From: the human T2T-CHM13v2.0 reference genome, Homo sapiens
Reading direction: 5' to 3' (one strand)
DNA: 64,000 nucleotides
Assembly (NCBI RefSeq): GCF_009914755.1
Contig: NC_060925.1
The translations under genes were made by a program, and so were the position numbers. Shown here piece by piece: positions 29,223 through 42,448 of this stretch. How positions within the stretch are numbered: position 1 is the first letter of the stretch; each line of letters starts with the position of its first letter. The notes below the pieces were generated by a model, which was given only the letters and a program-made list of their open reading frames with translations, was not told the DNA's origin and did not search any database.

Positions 29223-30969
29223 ATGAAATTGAAATGGATGGACTCATCATCGGATGGATTCGAATGGAATCATCGAATAAAATTGATTGAAATCATCATC
29301 CAATGGAATCGAATGGTATCATTGAATGGAATCGAATGGAATCATCATCAGATGGAAATGAATGGAATCGTCATAGAATGGAATCGAATGGATTCATTGA
29401 ATGGAATCAGATGGAATCATCGAATGGACTGGAATGGAATCATTGAATGGACTCGAAAGGGATCATGATTGAATGGAATTGAATGGAATCATCGAATGGT
29501 CTCGATTGGAATCATTATCAAATGGAATCGAATGGAATCACCGAATAGAATCGAATGGAACAATCATCGAATGGACTCAAATGGAATTATCCTCAAATGG
29601 AATCGAATGGAATTATCGAATGCAATCGAATGGAATTATCGAATGCAATCGAATAGAATCATCGAATGGACTCGAATGGAATCATCGAATGGAATGGAAT
29701 GGAACAGTCAATGAACTCGAATGGAATCATCATTGAATGGAATCGAATGGAATCATCGAGTGGAATCGAATGGAATTATGATCAAATGCAATCGAATGTA
29801 ATCCTCATCAAATGGAATCAAAAATAACCATCATCAATTGGTATTGAATGGAATTGTCATCAAATGGAATTCAAAGGAATCATCATCAAATGGAACCGAA
29901 TGGAATCCTCATTGAATGGAAATGAAAGGGGTCATCATCTAATGGAATCGCATGGAATCATCATCAAATGGAATCGAATGGAATCATCATCAAATGGAAT
30001 CTAATGGAATCATTGAACAGAATTGAATGGAATCGTCATCGAATGAATTGAATGCAATCATCGAATGGTCTCGAATGGAATCATCTTCTAATGGAAAGGA
30101 ATGGAATCATCGCATAGAATCGAATGGAATTATCATCGAATGGAATCGAATGGTATCAACACCAAACGGAAAAAAACGGAATTATCGAATGGAATCGAAG
30201 AGAATCTTCGAACGGACCCGAATGGAATCATCTAATGGAATGGAATGGAATAATCCATGGACTCGAATGCAATCATCATCGAATGGAATCGAATGGAATC
30301 ATCGAATGGACTCGAATGGAATAATCATTGAACGGAATCGAATGGAATCATCATCGGATGGAAACGAATGGAATCATCATCGAATGGAAATGAAAGGAGT
30401 CATCATCTAATGGAATTGCATGGAATCATCATAAAATGGAATCGAATGGAATCAACATCAAATGGAATCAAATGGAATCATTGAACGGAATTGAATGGAA
30501 TCGTCATCGAATGAATTGACTACAGTCACCGAATGGTCTCGAATGGAATCATCGCATAGAATCGAATGGAATTATCATCGAATGGAATCGAATGGAATCA
30601 ACATCAAACGGAAAAAAACAGAATTATCGTATGGAATCGAAGAGAATCATCGAATGGACCCGAATGGAATCATCTAATGGAATGGAATGGAATAATCCAT
30701 GGACTCGAATGCAATCATCATCGAATGGAATCGAATGGAATCATCGAATGGACTCGAATGGAATAATCATTGAACGGAATCGAATGGAATCATCATCGGA
30801 TGGAAATGAATGGAATCATCATCGAATGGAATCGAATAGAATTATGGAATGAAATCCAGTGTGATCATCATCGAATGGACCCGAATGGAATCATCCAACG
30901 GAAGCTAATGGAATCAACATCGAATGAATCGAATGGAAACACCATCGAATTGAACCGAATGGAATTATC
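29223..30969 (+). repeat. 1,747-bp variant unit (26-bp and 3-bp deletions)
   Basis: A 26-bp monomer is missing at about 30545-30555, and ATC is missing at about 30890. Confidence 0.85.
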
Positions 30970-32745
30970 ATGAAATTGAAATGGATGGACTCATCATCGA
31001 ATGGATTCGAATGGAATCATCGAATAAAATTGATTGAAATCATCATCGAATGGAATCGAATGGTATCATTGAATGGAATCGAATGGAATCATCATCAGAT
31101 GGAAATGAATGGAATCGTCATAGAATGGAATCGAATGGATTCATTGAATGGAATCAGATGGAATCATCGAATGGACTGGAATGGAATCATTGAATGGACT
31201 CGAAAGGGATCATGATTGAATGGAATTGAATGGAATCATCGAATGGTCTCGATTGGAATCATTATCAAATGGAATCGAATGGAATCACCGAATAGAATCG
31301 AATGGAACAATCATCGAATGGACTCAAATGGAATTATCCTCCAATGGAATGGAATGGAATTATCGAATGCAATCGAATGGAATTATCGAATGCAATCGAA
31401 TAGAATCATCGAATGGACTCGAATGGAATCATCGAATGGAATGGAATGGAACAGTCAATGAACTCGAATGGAATCATCATTGAATGGAATCGAATGGAAT
31501 CATCGAGTGGAATCGAATGGAATTATGATCAAATGGAATCGAATGTAATCATCATCAAATGGAATCAAAAATAACCATCATCAATTGGTATTGAATGGAA
31601 TTGTCATCAAATGGAATTCAAAGGAATCATCATCAAATGGAACCGAATGGAATCCTCATTGAATGGAAATGAAAGGGGTCATCATCTAATGGAATCGCAT
31701 GGAATCATCATCAAATGGAATCGAATGGAATCATCATCAAATGGAATCTAATGGAATCATTGAACAGAATTGAATGGAATGGTCATCGAATGAATTGAAT
31801 GCAATCATCGAATGGTCTCGAATGGAATCATCTTCTAATGGAAAGGAATGGAATCATCGCATAGAATCGATTGGAATTATCATCGAATGGAATCGAATGG
31901 TATCAACACCAAACGGAAAAAAACGGAATTATCAAATGGAATCGAAGAGAATCTTCGAACGGACCCGAATGGAATCATCTAATGGAATGGAATGGAATAA
32001 TCCATGGACTCGAATGCAATCATCATCGAATGGAATCGAATGGAATCATCGAATGGACTCGAATGGAATAATCATTGAACGGAATCGAATGGAATCATCA
32101 TCGGATGGAAACGAATGGAATCATCATCGAATGGAAATGAAAGGAGTCACCATCTAATGGAATTGCATGGAATCATCATAAAATGGAATCGAATGGAATC
32201 AACATCAAATGGAATCAAATGGAATCATTGAACGGAATTGAATGGAATCGTCATCGAATGAATTGACTGCAATCATCCAATGGTCTCGAATGGAATCATC
32301 TTCAAATGGAATGGAATGGAATCATCGCATAGAATCGAATGGAATTATCATCGAATGGAATCGAATGGAATCAACATCAAACGGAAAAAAACGGAATTAT
32401 CGAATGGAATCGAAGAGAATCATCGAATGGACCCGAATGGAATCATCTAATGGAATGGAATGGAATAATCCATGGACTCGAATGCAATCATCATCGAATG
32501 GAATCGAATGGAATCATCGAATGGACTCGAATGGAATAATCATTGAACGGAATCGAATGGAATCATCATCGGATGGAAATGAATGGAATCATCATCGAAT
32601 GGAATCGAATAGAATTATGGAATGAAATCCAGTGTGATCATCATCGAATGGACCCGAATGGAATCATCATCCAACGGAAGCTAATGGAATCAACATCGAA
32701 TGAATCGAATGGAAACACCATCGAATTGAAACGAATGGAATTATC

Positions 32746-34472
32746 ATGAAATTGAAATGGATGGACTCATCATCGAATGGATTCGAATGGAATCATCGAA
32801 TAAAATTGATTGAAATCATCATCCAATGGAATCGAATGGTATCATTGAATGGAATCGAATGGAATCATCATCAGATGGAAATGAATGGAATCGTCATAGA
32901 ATGGAATCGAATGGATTCATTGAATGGAATCAGATGGAATCATCGAATGGACTGGAATGGAATCATTGAATGGACTCGAAAGGGATCATTATTGAATGGA
33001 ATTGAATGGAATCATCGAATGGTCTCGATTGGAATCATTATCAAATGGAATCGAATGGAATCACCGAATAGAATCGAATGGAACAATCATCGAATGGACT
33101 CAAATGGAATTATCCTCCAATGGAATGGAATGGAATTATCGAATGCAATCGAATGGAATTATCGAATGCAATCGAATAGAATCATCGAATGGACTCGAAT
33201 GGAATCATCGAATGGAATGGAATGGAACAGTCAATGAACTCGAATGGAATCATCATTGAATGGAATCGAATGTAATCATCGAGTGGAATCGAATGGAATT
33301 ATGATCAAATGGAATCGAATGTAATCATCATCAAATGGAATCAAAAATAACCATCATCAATTGGTATTGAATGGAATTGTCATCAAATGGAATTCAAAGG
33401 AATCATCATCAAATGGAACCGAATGGAATCCTCATTGAATGGAAATGAAAGGGGTCATCATCTAATGGAATCGCATGGAATCATCATCAAATGGAATCGA
33501 ATGGAATCACCATCAAATGGAATCTAATGGAATCATTGAACAGAATTGAATGGAATCGTCATCGAATGAATTGAATGCAATCATCGAATGGTCTCGAATG
33601 GATTCATCTTCTAATGGAAAGGAATGGAATCATCGCATAGAATCGAATGGAATTATCATCGAATGGAATCGAATGGTATCAACACCAAACGGAAAAAAAC
33701 GGAATTATCGAATGGAATCGAAGAGAATCTTCGAACGGACCCGAATGGAATCATCTAATGGAATGGAATGGAATAATCCATGGACTCGAATGCAATCATC
33801 ATCGAATGGAATCGAATGGAATCATCATCGGATGGAAACGAATGGAATCATCATCGAATGGAAATGAAAGGAGTCATCATCTAATGGAATTGCATGGAAT
33901 CATCATAAAATGGAATCGAATGGAATCAACATCAAATGGAATCAAATGGAATCATTGAACGGAATTGAATGGAATCGTCATCGAATGAATTGACTGCAAT
34001 CATCCAATGGTCTCGAATGGAATCATCTTCAAATGGAATGGAATGGAATCATCGCATAGAATCGAATGGAATTATCATCGAATGGAATCGAATGGAATCA
34101 ACATCCAACGGAAAAAAACGGAATTATCGAATGGAATCGAAGAGAATCATCGAATGGACCCGAATGGAATCATGTAATGGAATGGAATGGAATAATCCAT
34201 GGACTCGAATGCAATCATCATCGAATGGAATCGAATGGAATCATCGAATGGACTCGAATGGAATAATCATTGAACGGAATCGAATGGAATCATCATCGGA
34301 TGGAAATGAATGGAATCATCATCGAATGGAATCGAATAGAATTATGGAATGAAATCCAGTGTGATCATCATCGAATGGACCCGAATGGAATCATCATCCA
34401 ACGGAAGCTAATGGAATCAACATCGAATGAATCAAATGGAAACACCATCGAATTGAAACGAATGGAATTATC
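32746..34472 (+). repeat. 1,727-bp variant unit (49-bp deletion)
   Basis: At about 33810-33830, GGAATCGAATGGAATCATC runs straight into ATCGGATGG, skipping one 23-mer and one 26-mer. Confidence 0.85.
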
Positions 34473-35780
34473 ATGAAATTGAAATGGATGGACTCATCAT
34501 CGAATGGATTCGAATGGAATCATCGAATAAAATTGATTGAAATCATCATCGAATGGAATCGAATGGTATCATTGAATGGAATCGAATGGAATCATCATCA
34601 GATGGAAATGAATGGAATCGTCATAGAATGGAATCGAATGGATTCATTGAATGGAATCAGATGGAATCATCGAATGGACTGGAATGGAATCATTGAATGG
34701 ACTCGAAAGGGATCATTATTGAATGGAATTGAATGGAATCATCGAATGGTCTCGATTGGAATCATTATCAAATGGAATCGAATGGAATCACCGAATAGAA
34801 TCGAATGGAACAATCATCGAATGGACTCAAATGGAATTATCCTCAAATGGAATCGAATGGAATTATCGAATGCAATCGAATGGAATTATCGAATGCAATC
34901 GAATAGAATCATCGAATGGACTCGAATGGAATCATCGAATGGAATGGAATGGAACAGTCAATGAACTCGAATGGAATCATCATTGAATGGAATCGAATGG
35001 AATCATCGAGTGGAATCGAATGGAATTATGATCAAATGGAATCGAATGTAATCATCATCAAATGGAATCAAAAATAACCATCATCAATTGGTATTGAATG
35101 GAATTGTCATCAAATGGAATTCAAAGGAATCATCATCAAATGGAACCGAATGGAATCCTCATTGAATGGAAATGAAAGGGGTCATCATCTAATGGAATCG
35201 CATGGAATCATCATAAAATGGAATCGAATGAAATCAACATCAAATGGAATCAAATGGAATCATTGAACGGAATTGAATGGAATCGTCATCGAATGAATTG
35301 GATGCAATCATCGAATGGTCTCGAATGGAATCTTCTTCAAATGGAATGGAATGGAATCATCGCATAGAATCGAATGGAATTATCATCGAATGGAATCGAA
35401 TGGAATCAACATCAAACGGAAAAAAACGGAATTATCGAATGGAATCGAAGAGAATCATCGAATGGACCCGAATGGAATCATCTAATGGAATGGAATGGAA
35501 TAATCCATGGACTCGAATGCAATCATCATCGAATGGAATCGAATGGAATCATCGAATGGACTCGAATGGAATAATCATTGAACGGAATCGAATGGAATCA
35601 TCATCGGATGGAAATGAATGGAATCATCATCGAATGGAATCGAATACAATTATGGAATGAAATCCAGTGTGATCATCATCGAATGGACCCGAATGGAATC
35701 ATCATCCAACGGAAGCTAATGGAATCAACATCGAATGAATCAAATGGAAACACCATCGAATTGAAACGAATGGAATTATC
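34473..35780 (+). repeat. 1,308-bp variant unit (single 468-bp subunit)
   Basis: Landmark spacing is 1,308 = 1,776 - 468, with only one subunit (35277). Confidence 0.9.
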
Positions 35781-37556
35781 ATGAAATTGAAATGGATGGA
35801 CTCATCATCGAATGGATTCGAAAGGAATCATCGAATAAAATTGATTGAAATCATCATCGAATGGAATCGAATGGTATCATTGAATGGAATCGAATGGAAT
35901 CATCATCAGATGGAAATGAATGGAATCGTCATAGAATGGAATCGAATGGATTCATTGAATGGAATCAGATGGAATCATCCAATGGACTGGAATGGAATCA
36001 TTGAATGGACTCGAAAGGGATCATGATTGAATGGAATTGAATGGAATCATCGAATGGTCTCGATTGGAATCATTATCAAATGGAATCGAATGGAATCACC
36101 GAATAGAATCGAATGGAACAATCATCGAATGGACTCAAATGGAATTATCCTCAAATGGAATCGAATGGAATTATCGAATGCAATCGAATGGAATTATCGA
36201 ATGCAATCGAATAGAATGATCGAATGGACTCGAATGGAATCATTGAATGGAATGGAATGGAACAGTCAATGAACTCGAATGGAATCATCATTGAATGGAA
36301 TCGAATGGAATCATCGAGTGGAATCGAATGGAATTATGATCAAATGGAATCGAATGTAATCATCATCAAATGGAATCAAAAATAACCATCATAAATTGGT
36401 ATTGAATGGAATTGTCATCAAATGGAATTCAAAGGAATCAATATCAAATGGAACCGAATGGAATCCTCATTGAATGGAAATGAAAGGGGTCATCATCTAA
36501 TGGAATCGCATGGAATCATCATCAAATGGAATCGAATGGAATCATCATCAAATGGAATCTAATGGAATCATTGAACAGAATTGAATGGAATCGTCATCGA
36601 ATGAATTGAATGCAATCATCGAATGGTCTCGAATGGAATCATCTTCTAATGGAAAGGAATGGAATCATCGCATAGAATCGAATGGAATTATCATCGAATG
36701 GAATCGAATGGTATCAACACCAAACGGAAAAAAACGGAATTATCGAATGGAATCGAAGAGAATCTTCGAACGGACCCGAATGGAATCATCTAATGGAATG
36801 GAATGGAATAATCCATGGACTCGAATGCAATCATCAACGAATGGAATCGAAGGGAATCATCGAATGGACTCGAACGGAATAATCATTGAACGGAATCGAA
36901 TGGAATCATCATCGGATGGAAACGAATGGAATCATCATCGAATGGAAATGAAAGGAGTCATCATCTAATGGAATTGCATGGAATCATCATAAAATGGAAT
37001 CGAATGGAATCAACATCAAATGGAATCAAATGGAATCATTGAACGGAATTGAATGGAATCGTCATCGAATGAATTGACTGCAATCATCGAATGGTCTCGA
37101 ATGGAATCATCTTCAAATGGAATGGAATGGAATCATCGCATACAATCGAATGGAATTATCATCGAATGGAATCGAATGGAATCAACATCAAACGGAAAAA
37201 AACGGAATTATCGAATGGAATCGAAGAGAATCATCGAATGGACCCGAATGGAATCATCTAATGGAATGGAATGGAATAATCCATGGACTCGAATGCAATC
37301 ATCATCGAATGGAATCGAATGGAATCATCGAATGGACTCGAATGGAATAATCATTGAACGGAATCGAATGGAATCATCATCGGATGGAAATGAATGGAAT
37401 CATCATCGAATGGAATCGAATAGAATTATGGAATGAAATCCAGTGTGATCATCATCGAATGGACCCGAATGGAATCATCATCCAACGGAAGCTAATGGAA
37501 TCAACATCGAATGAATCGAATGGAAACACCATCGAATTGAAACGAATGGAATTATC

Positions 37557-40500
37557 ATGAAATTGAAATGGATGGACTCATCATCGAATGGATTCGAATG
37601 GAATCATCGAATAAAATTGATTGAAATCATCATCGAATGGAATCGAATGGTATCATTGAATGGAATCGAATGGAATCATCATCAGATGGAAATGAATGGA
37701 ATCGTCATAGAATGGAATCGAATGGATTCATTGAATGGAATCAGATGGAATCATCGAATGGACTGGAATGGAATCATTGAATGGACTCGAAAGGGATCAT
37801 GATTGAATGGAATTGAATGGAATCATCGAATGGTCTCGATTGGAATCATTATCAAATGGAATCGAATGGAATCACCGAATAGAATCGAATGGAACAATCA
37901 TCGAATGGACTCAAATGGAATTATCCTCAAATGGAATCGAATGGAATTATCGAATGCAATCGAATGGAATTATCGAATGCAATCGAATAGAATCATCGAA
38001 TGGACTCGAATGGAATCATCGAATGGAATGGAATGGAACAGTCAATGAACACGAATGGAATCATCATTGAATGGAATCGAATGGAATCATCGAGTGGAAT
38101 CGAATGGAATTATGATCAAATGGAATCGAATGTAATCATCATCAAATGGAATCAAAAATAACCATCATCAATTGCTATTGAATGGAACTGTCATCAAATG
38201 GAATTCAAAGGAATCATCATCAAATGGAACCGAATGGAATCCTCATTGAATGGAAATGAAAGGGGTCATCATCTAATGGAATCGCATGGAATCATCATCA
38301 AATGGAATCGAATGGAATCATCATCAAATGGAATCTAATGGAATCATTGAACAGAATTGAATGGAATCGTCATCGAATGAATTGAATGCAATCATCGAAT
38401 GGTCTCGAATGGAATCATCTTCTAATGGAAAGGAATGGAATCATCGCATAGAATCGAATGGAATTATCATCGAATGGAATCGAATGGTATCAACACCAAA
38501 CGGAAAAAAACGGAATTATCGAATGGAATCGAAGAGAATCTTCGAACGGACCCGAATGGAATCATCTAATGGAATGGAATGGAATAATCCATGGACTCGA
38601 ATGCAATCATCATCGAATGGAATCGAATGGAATCATCGAATGGACTCGAATGGAATAATCATTGAACGGAATCGAATGGAATCATCATCGGATGGAAACG
38701 AATGGAATCATCGAATGAACTCGAATGGAATCATCATTGAATGGAATCGAATGGAATCATCGAGTGGAATCGAATGGAATTATGATCAAATGGAATCGAA
38801 TCTAATCATCATCAAATGGAATCAAAAATAACCATCATCAATTGGTATTGAATGGAATTGTCATCAAATGGAATTCAAAGGAATCATCATCAAATGGAAC
38901 CGAATGGAATCCTCATTGAATGGAAATGAAAGGGGTCATCATCTAATGGAATCGCATGGAATCATCATCAAATGGAATCGAATGGAATCATCATCAAATG
39001 GAATCTAATGGAATCATTGAACAGAATTGAATGGAATCGTCATCGAATGAATTGAATGCAATCATCGAATGGTCTCGAATGGAATCATCTTCTAATGGAA
39101 AGGAATGGAATCATCGCATAGAATCGAATGGAATTATCATCGAATGGAATCGAATGGTATCAACACCAAACGGAAAAAAACGGAATTATCGAATGGAATC
39201 GAAGAGAATCTTCGAACGGACCCGAATGGAATCATCTAATGGAATGGAATGGAATAATCCATGGACTCGAATGCAATCATCATCGAATGGAATCGAATGG
39301 AATCATCGAATGGACTCGAATGGAATAATCATTGAACGGAATCGAATGGAATCATCATCGGATGGAAACGAATGGAATCATCATCGAATGGAAATGAAAG
39401 GAGTCATCATCTAATGGAATTGCATGGAATCATCATAAAATGGAATCGAATGGAATCAACATCAAATGGAATCAAATGGAATCATTGAACGGAATTGAAT
39501 GGAATCGTCATCGAATGAATTGACTGCAATCATCCAATGGTCTCGAATGGAATCATCTTCAAATGGAATGGAATGGAATCATCGCATAGAATCGAATGGA
39601 ATTATCATCGAATGGAATCGAATGGAATCAACATCCAACGGAAAAAAACGGAATTATCGAATGGAATCGAAGAGAATCATCGAATGGACCCGAATGGAAT
39701 CATGTAATGGAATGGAATGGAATAATCCATGGACTCGAATGCAATCATCATCGAATGGAATCGAATGGAATCATCGAATGGACTCGAATGGAATAATCAT
39801 TGAACGGAATCGAATGGAATCATCATCGGATGGAAATGAATGGAATCATCATCGAATGGAATCGAATAGAATTATGGAATGAAATCCAGTGTGATCATCA
39901 TCGAATGGACCCGAATGGAATCATCATCCAACGGAAGCTAATGGAATCAACATCGAATGAATCAAATGGAAACACCATCGAATTGAAACGAATGGAATTA
40001 TCATGAAATTGAAATGGATGGACTCATCATCGAATGGATTCGAATGGAATCATCGAATAAAATTGATTGAAATCATCATCGAATGGAATCGAATGGTATC
40101 ATTGAATGGAATCGAATGGAATCATCATCAGATGGAAATGAATGGAATCGTCATAGAATGGAATCGAATGGATTCATTGAATGGAATCAGATGGAATCAT
40201 CGAATGGACTGGAATGGAATCATTGAATGGACTCGAAAGGGATCATTATTGAATGGAATTGAATGGAATCATCGAATGGTCTCGATTGGAATCATTATCA
40301 AATGGAATCGAATGGAATCACCGAATAGAATCGAATGGAACAATCATCGAATGGACTCAAATGGAATTATCCTCAAATGGAATCGAATGGAATTATCGAA
40401 TGCAATCGAATGGAATTATCGAATGCAATCGAATAGAATCATCGAATGGACTCGAATGGAATCATCGAATGGAATGGAATGGAACAGTCAATGAACTCGA

Positions 40501-42448
40501 ATGGAATCATCATTGAATGGAATCGAATGGAATCATCGAGTGGAATCGAATGGAATTATGATCAAATGGAATCGAATGTAATCATCATCAAATGGAATCA
40601 AAAATAACCATCATCAATTGGTATTGAATGGAATTGTCATCAAATGGAATTCAAAGGAATCATCATCAAATGGAACCGAATGGAATCCTCATTGAATGGA
40701 AATGAAAGGGGTCATCATCTAATGGAATCGCATGGAATCATCATCAAATGGAATCGAATGGAATCATCATCAAATGGAATCTAATGGAATCATTGAACAG
40801 AATTGAATGGAATCGTCATCGAATGAATTGAATGCAATCATCGAATGGTCTCGAATGGAATCATCTTCTAATGGAAAGGAATGGAATCATCGCATAGAAT
40901 CGAATGGAATTATCATCGAATGGAATCGAATGGTATCAACACCAAACGGAAAAAAACGGAATTATCGAATGGAATCGAAGAGAATCTTCGAACGGACCCG
41001 AATGGAATCATCTAATGGAATGGAATGGAATAATCCATGGACTCGAATGCAATCATCATCGAATGGAATCGAATGGAATCATCGAATGGACTCGAATGGA
41101 ATAATCATTGAACGGAATCGAATGGAATCATCATCGGATGGAAACGAATGGAATCATCGAATGAACTCGAATGGAATCATCATTGAATGGAATCGAATGG
41201 AATCATCGAGTGGAATCGAATGGAATTATGATCAAATGGAATCGAATCTAATCATCATCAAATGGAATCAAAAATAACCATCATCAATTGGTATTGAATG
41301 GAATTGTCATCAAATGGAATTCAAAGGAATCATCATCAAATGGAACCGAATGGAATCCTCATTGAATGGAAATGAAAGGGGTCATCATCTAATGGAATCG
41401 CATGGAATCATCATCAAATGGAATCGAATGGAATCATCATCAAATGGAATCTAATGGAATCATTGAACAGAATTGAATGGAATCGTCATCGAATGAATTG
41501 AATGCAATCATCGAATGGTCTCGAATGGAATCATCTTCTAATGGAAAGGAATGGAATCATCGCATAGAATCGAATGGAATTATCATCGAATGGAATCGAA
41601 TGGTATCAACACCAAACGGAAAAAAACGGAATTATCGAATGGAATCGAAGAGAATCTTCGAACGGACCCGAATGGAATCATCTAATGGAATGGAATGGAA
41701 TAATCCATGGACTCGAATGCAATCATCATCGAATGGAATCGAATGGAATCATCGAATGGACTCGAATGGAATAATCATTGAACGGAATCGAATGGAATCA
41801 TCATCGGATGGAAACGAATGGAATCATCATCGAATGGAAATGAAAGGAGTCATCATCTAATGGAATTGCATGGAATCATCATAAAATGGAATCGAATGGA
41901 ATCAACATCAAATGGAATCAAATGGAATCATTGAACGGAATTGAATGGAATCGTCATCGAATGAATTGACTGCAATCATCGAATGGTCTCGAATGGAATC
42001 ATCTTCAAATGGAATGGAATGGAATCATCGCATAGAATCGAATGGAATTATCATCGAATGGAATCGAATGGAATCAACATCAAACGGAAAAAAACGGAAT
42101 TATCGAATGGAATCAAAGAGAATCATCGAATGGACCCGAATGGAATCATCTAATGGAATGGAATGGAATAATCCATGGACTCGAATGCAATCATCATCGA
42201 ATGGAATCGAATGGAATCATCGAATGGACTCGAATGGAATAATCATTGAACGGAATCGAATGGAATCATCATCGGATGGAAATGAATGGAATCATCATCG
42301 AATGGAATGGAATAGAATTATGGAATGAAATCCAGTGTGATCATCATCGAATGGACCCGAATGGAATCATCATCCAACGGAAGCTAATGGAATCAACATC
42401 GAATGAATCGAATGGAAACACCATCGAATTGAAACGAATGGAATTATC
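37557..42448 (+). repeat. Two adjacent 2,446-bp variant units (1,776 + 670)
   Basis: Landmark spacing 37557 to 40003 to 42449. The same novel junction GGAAACGAATGGAATCATCGAATGAACTCG occurs at about 38694-38723 and 41140-41169. Confidence 0.9.
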
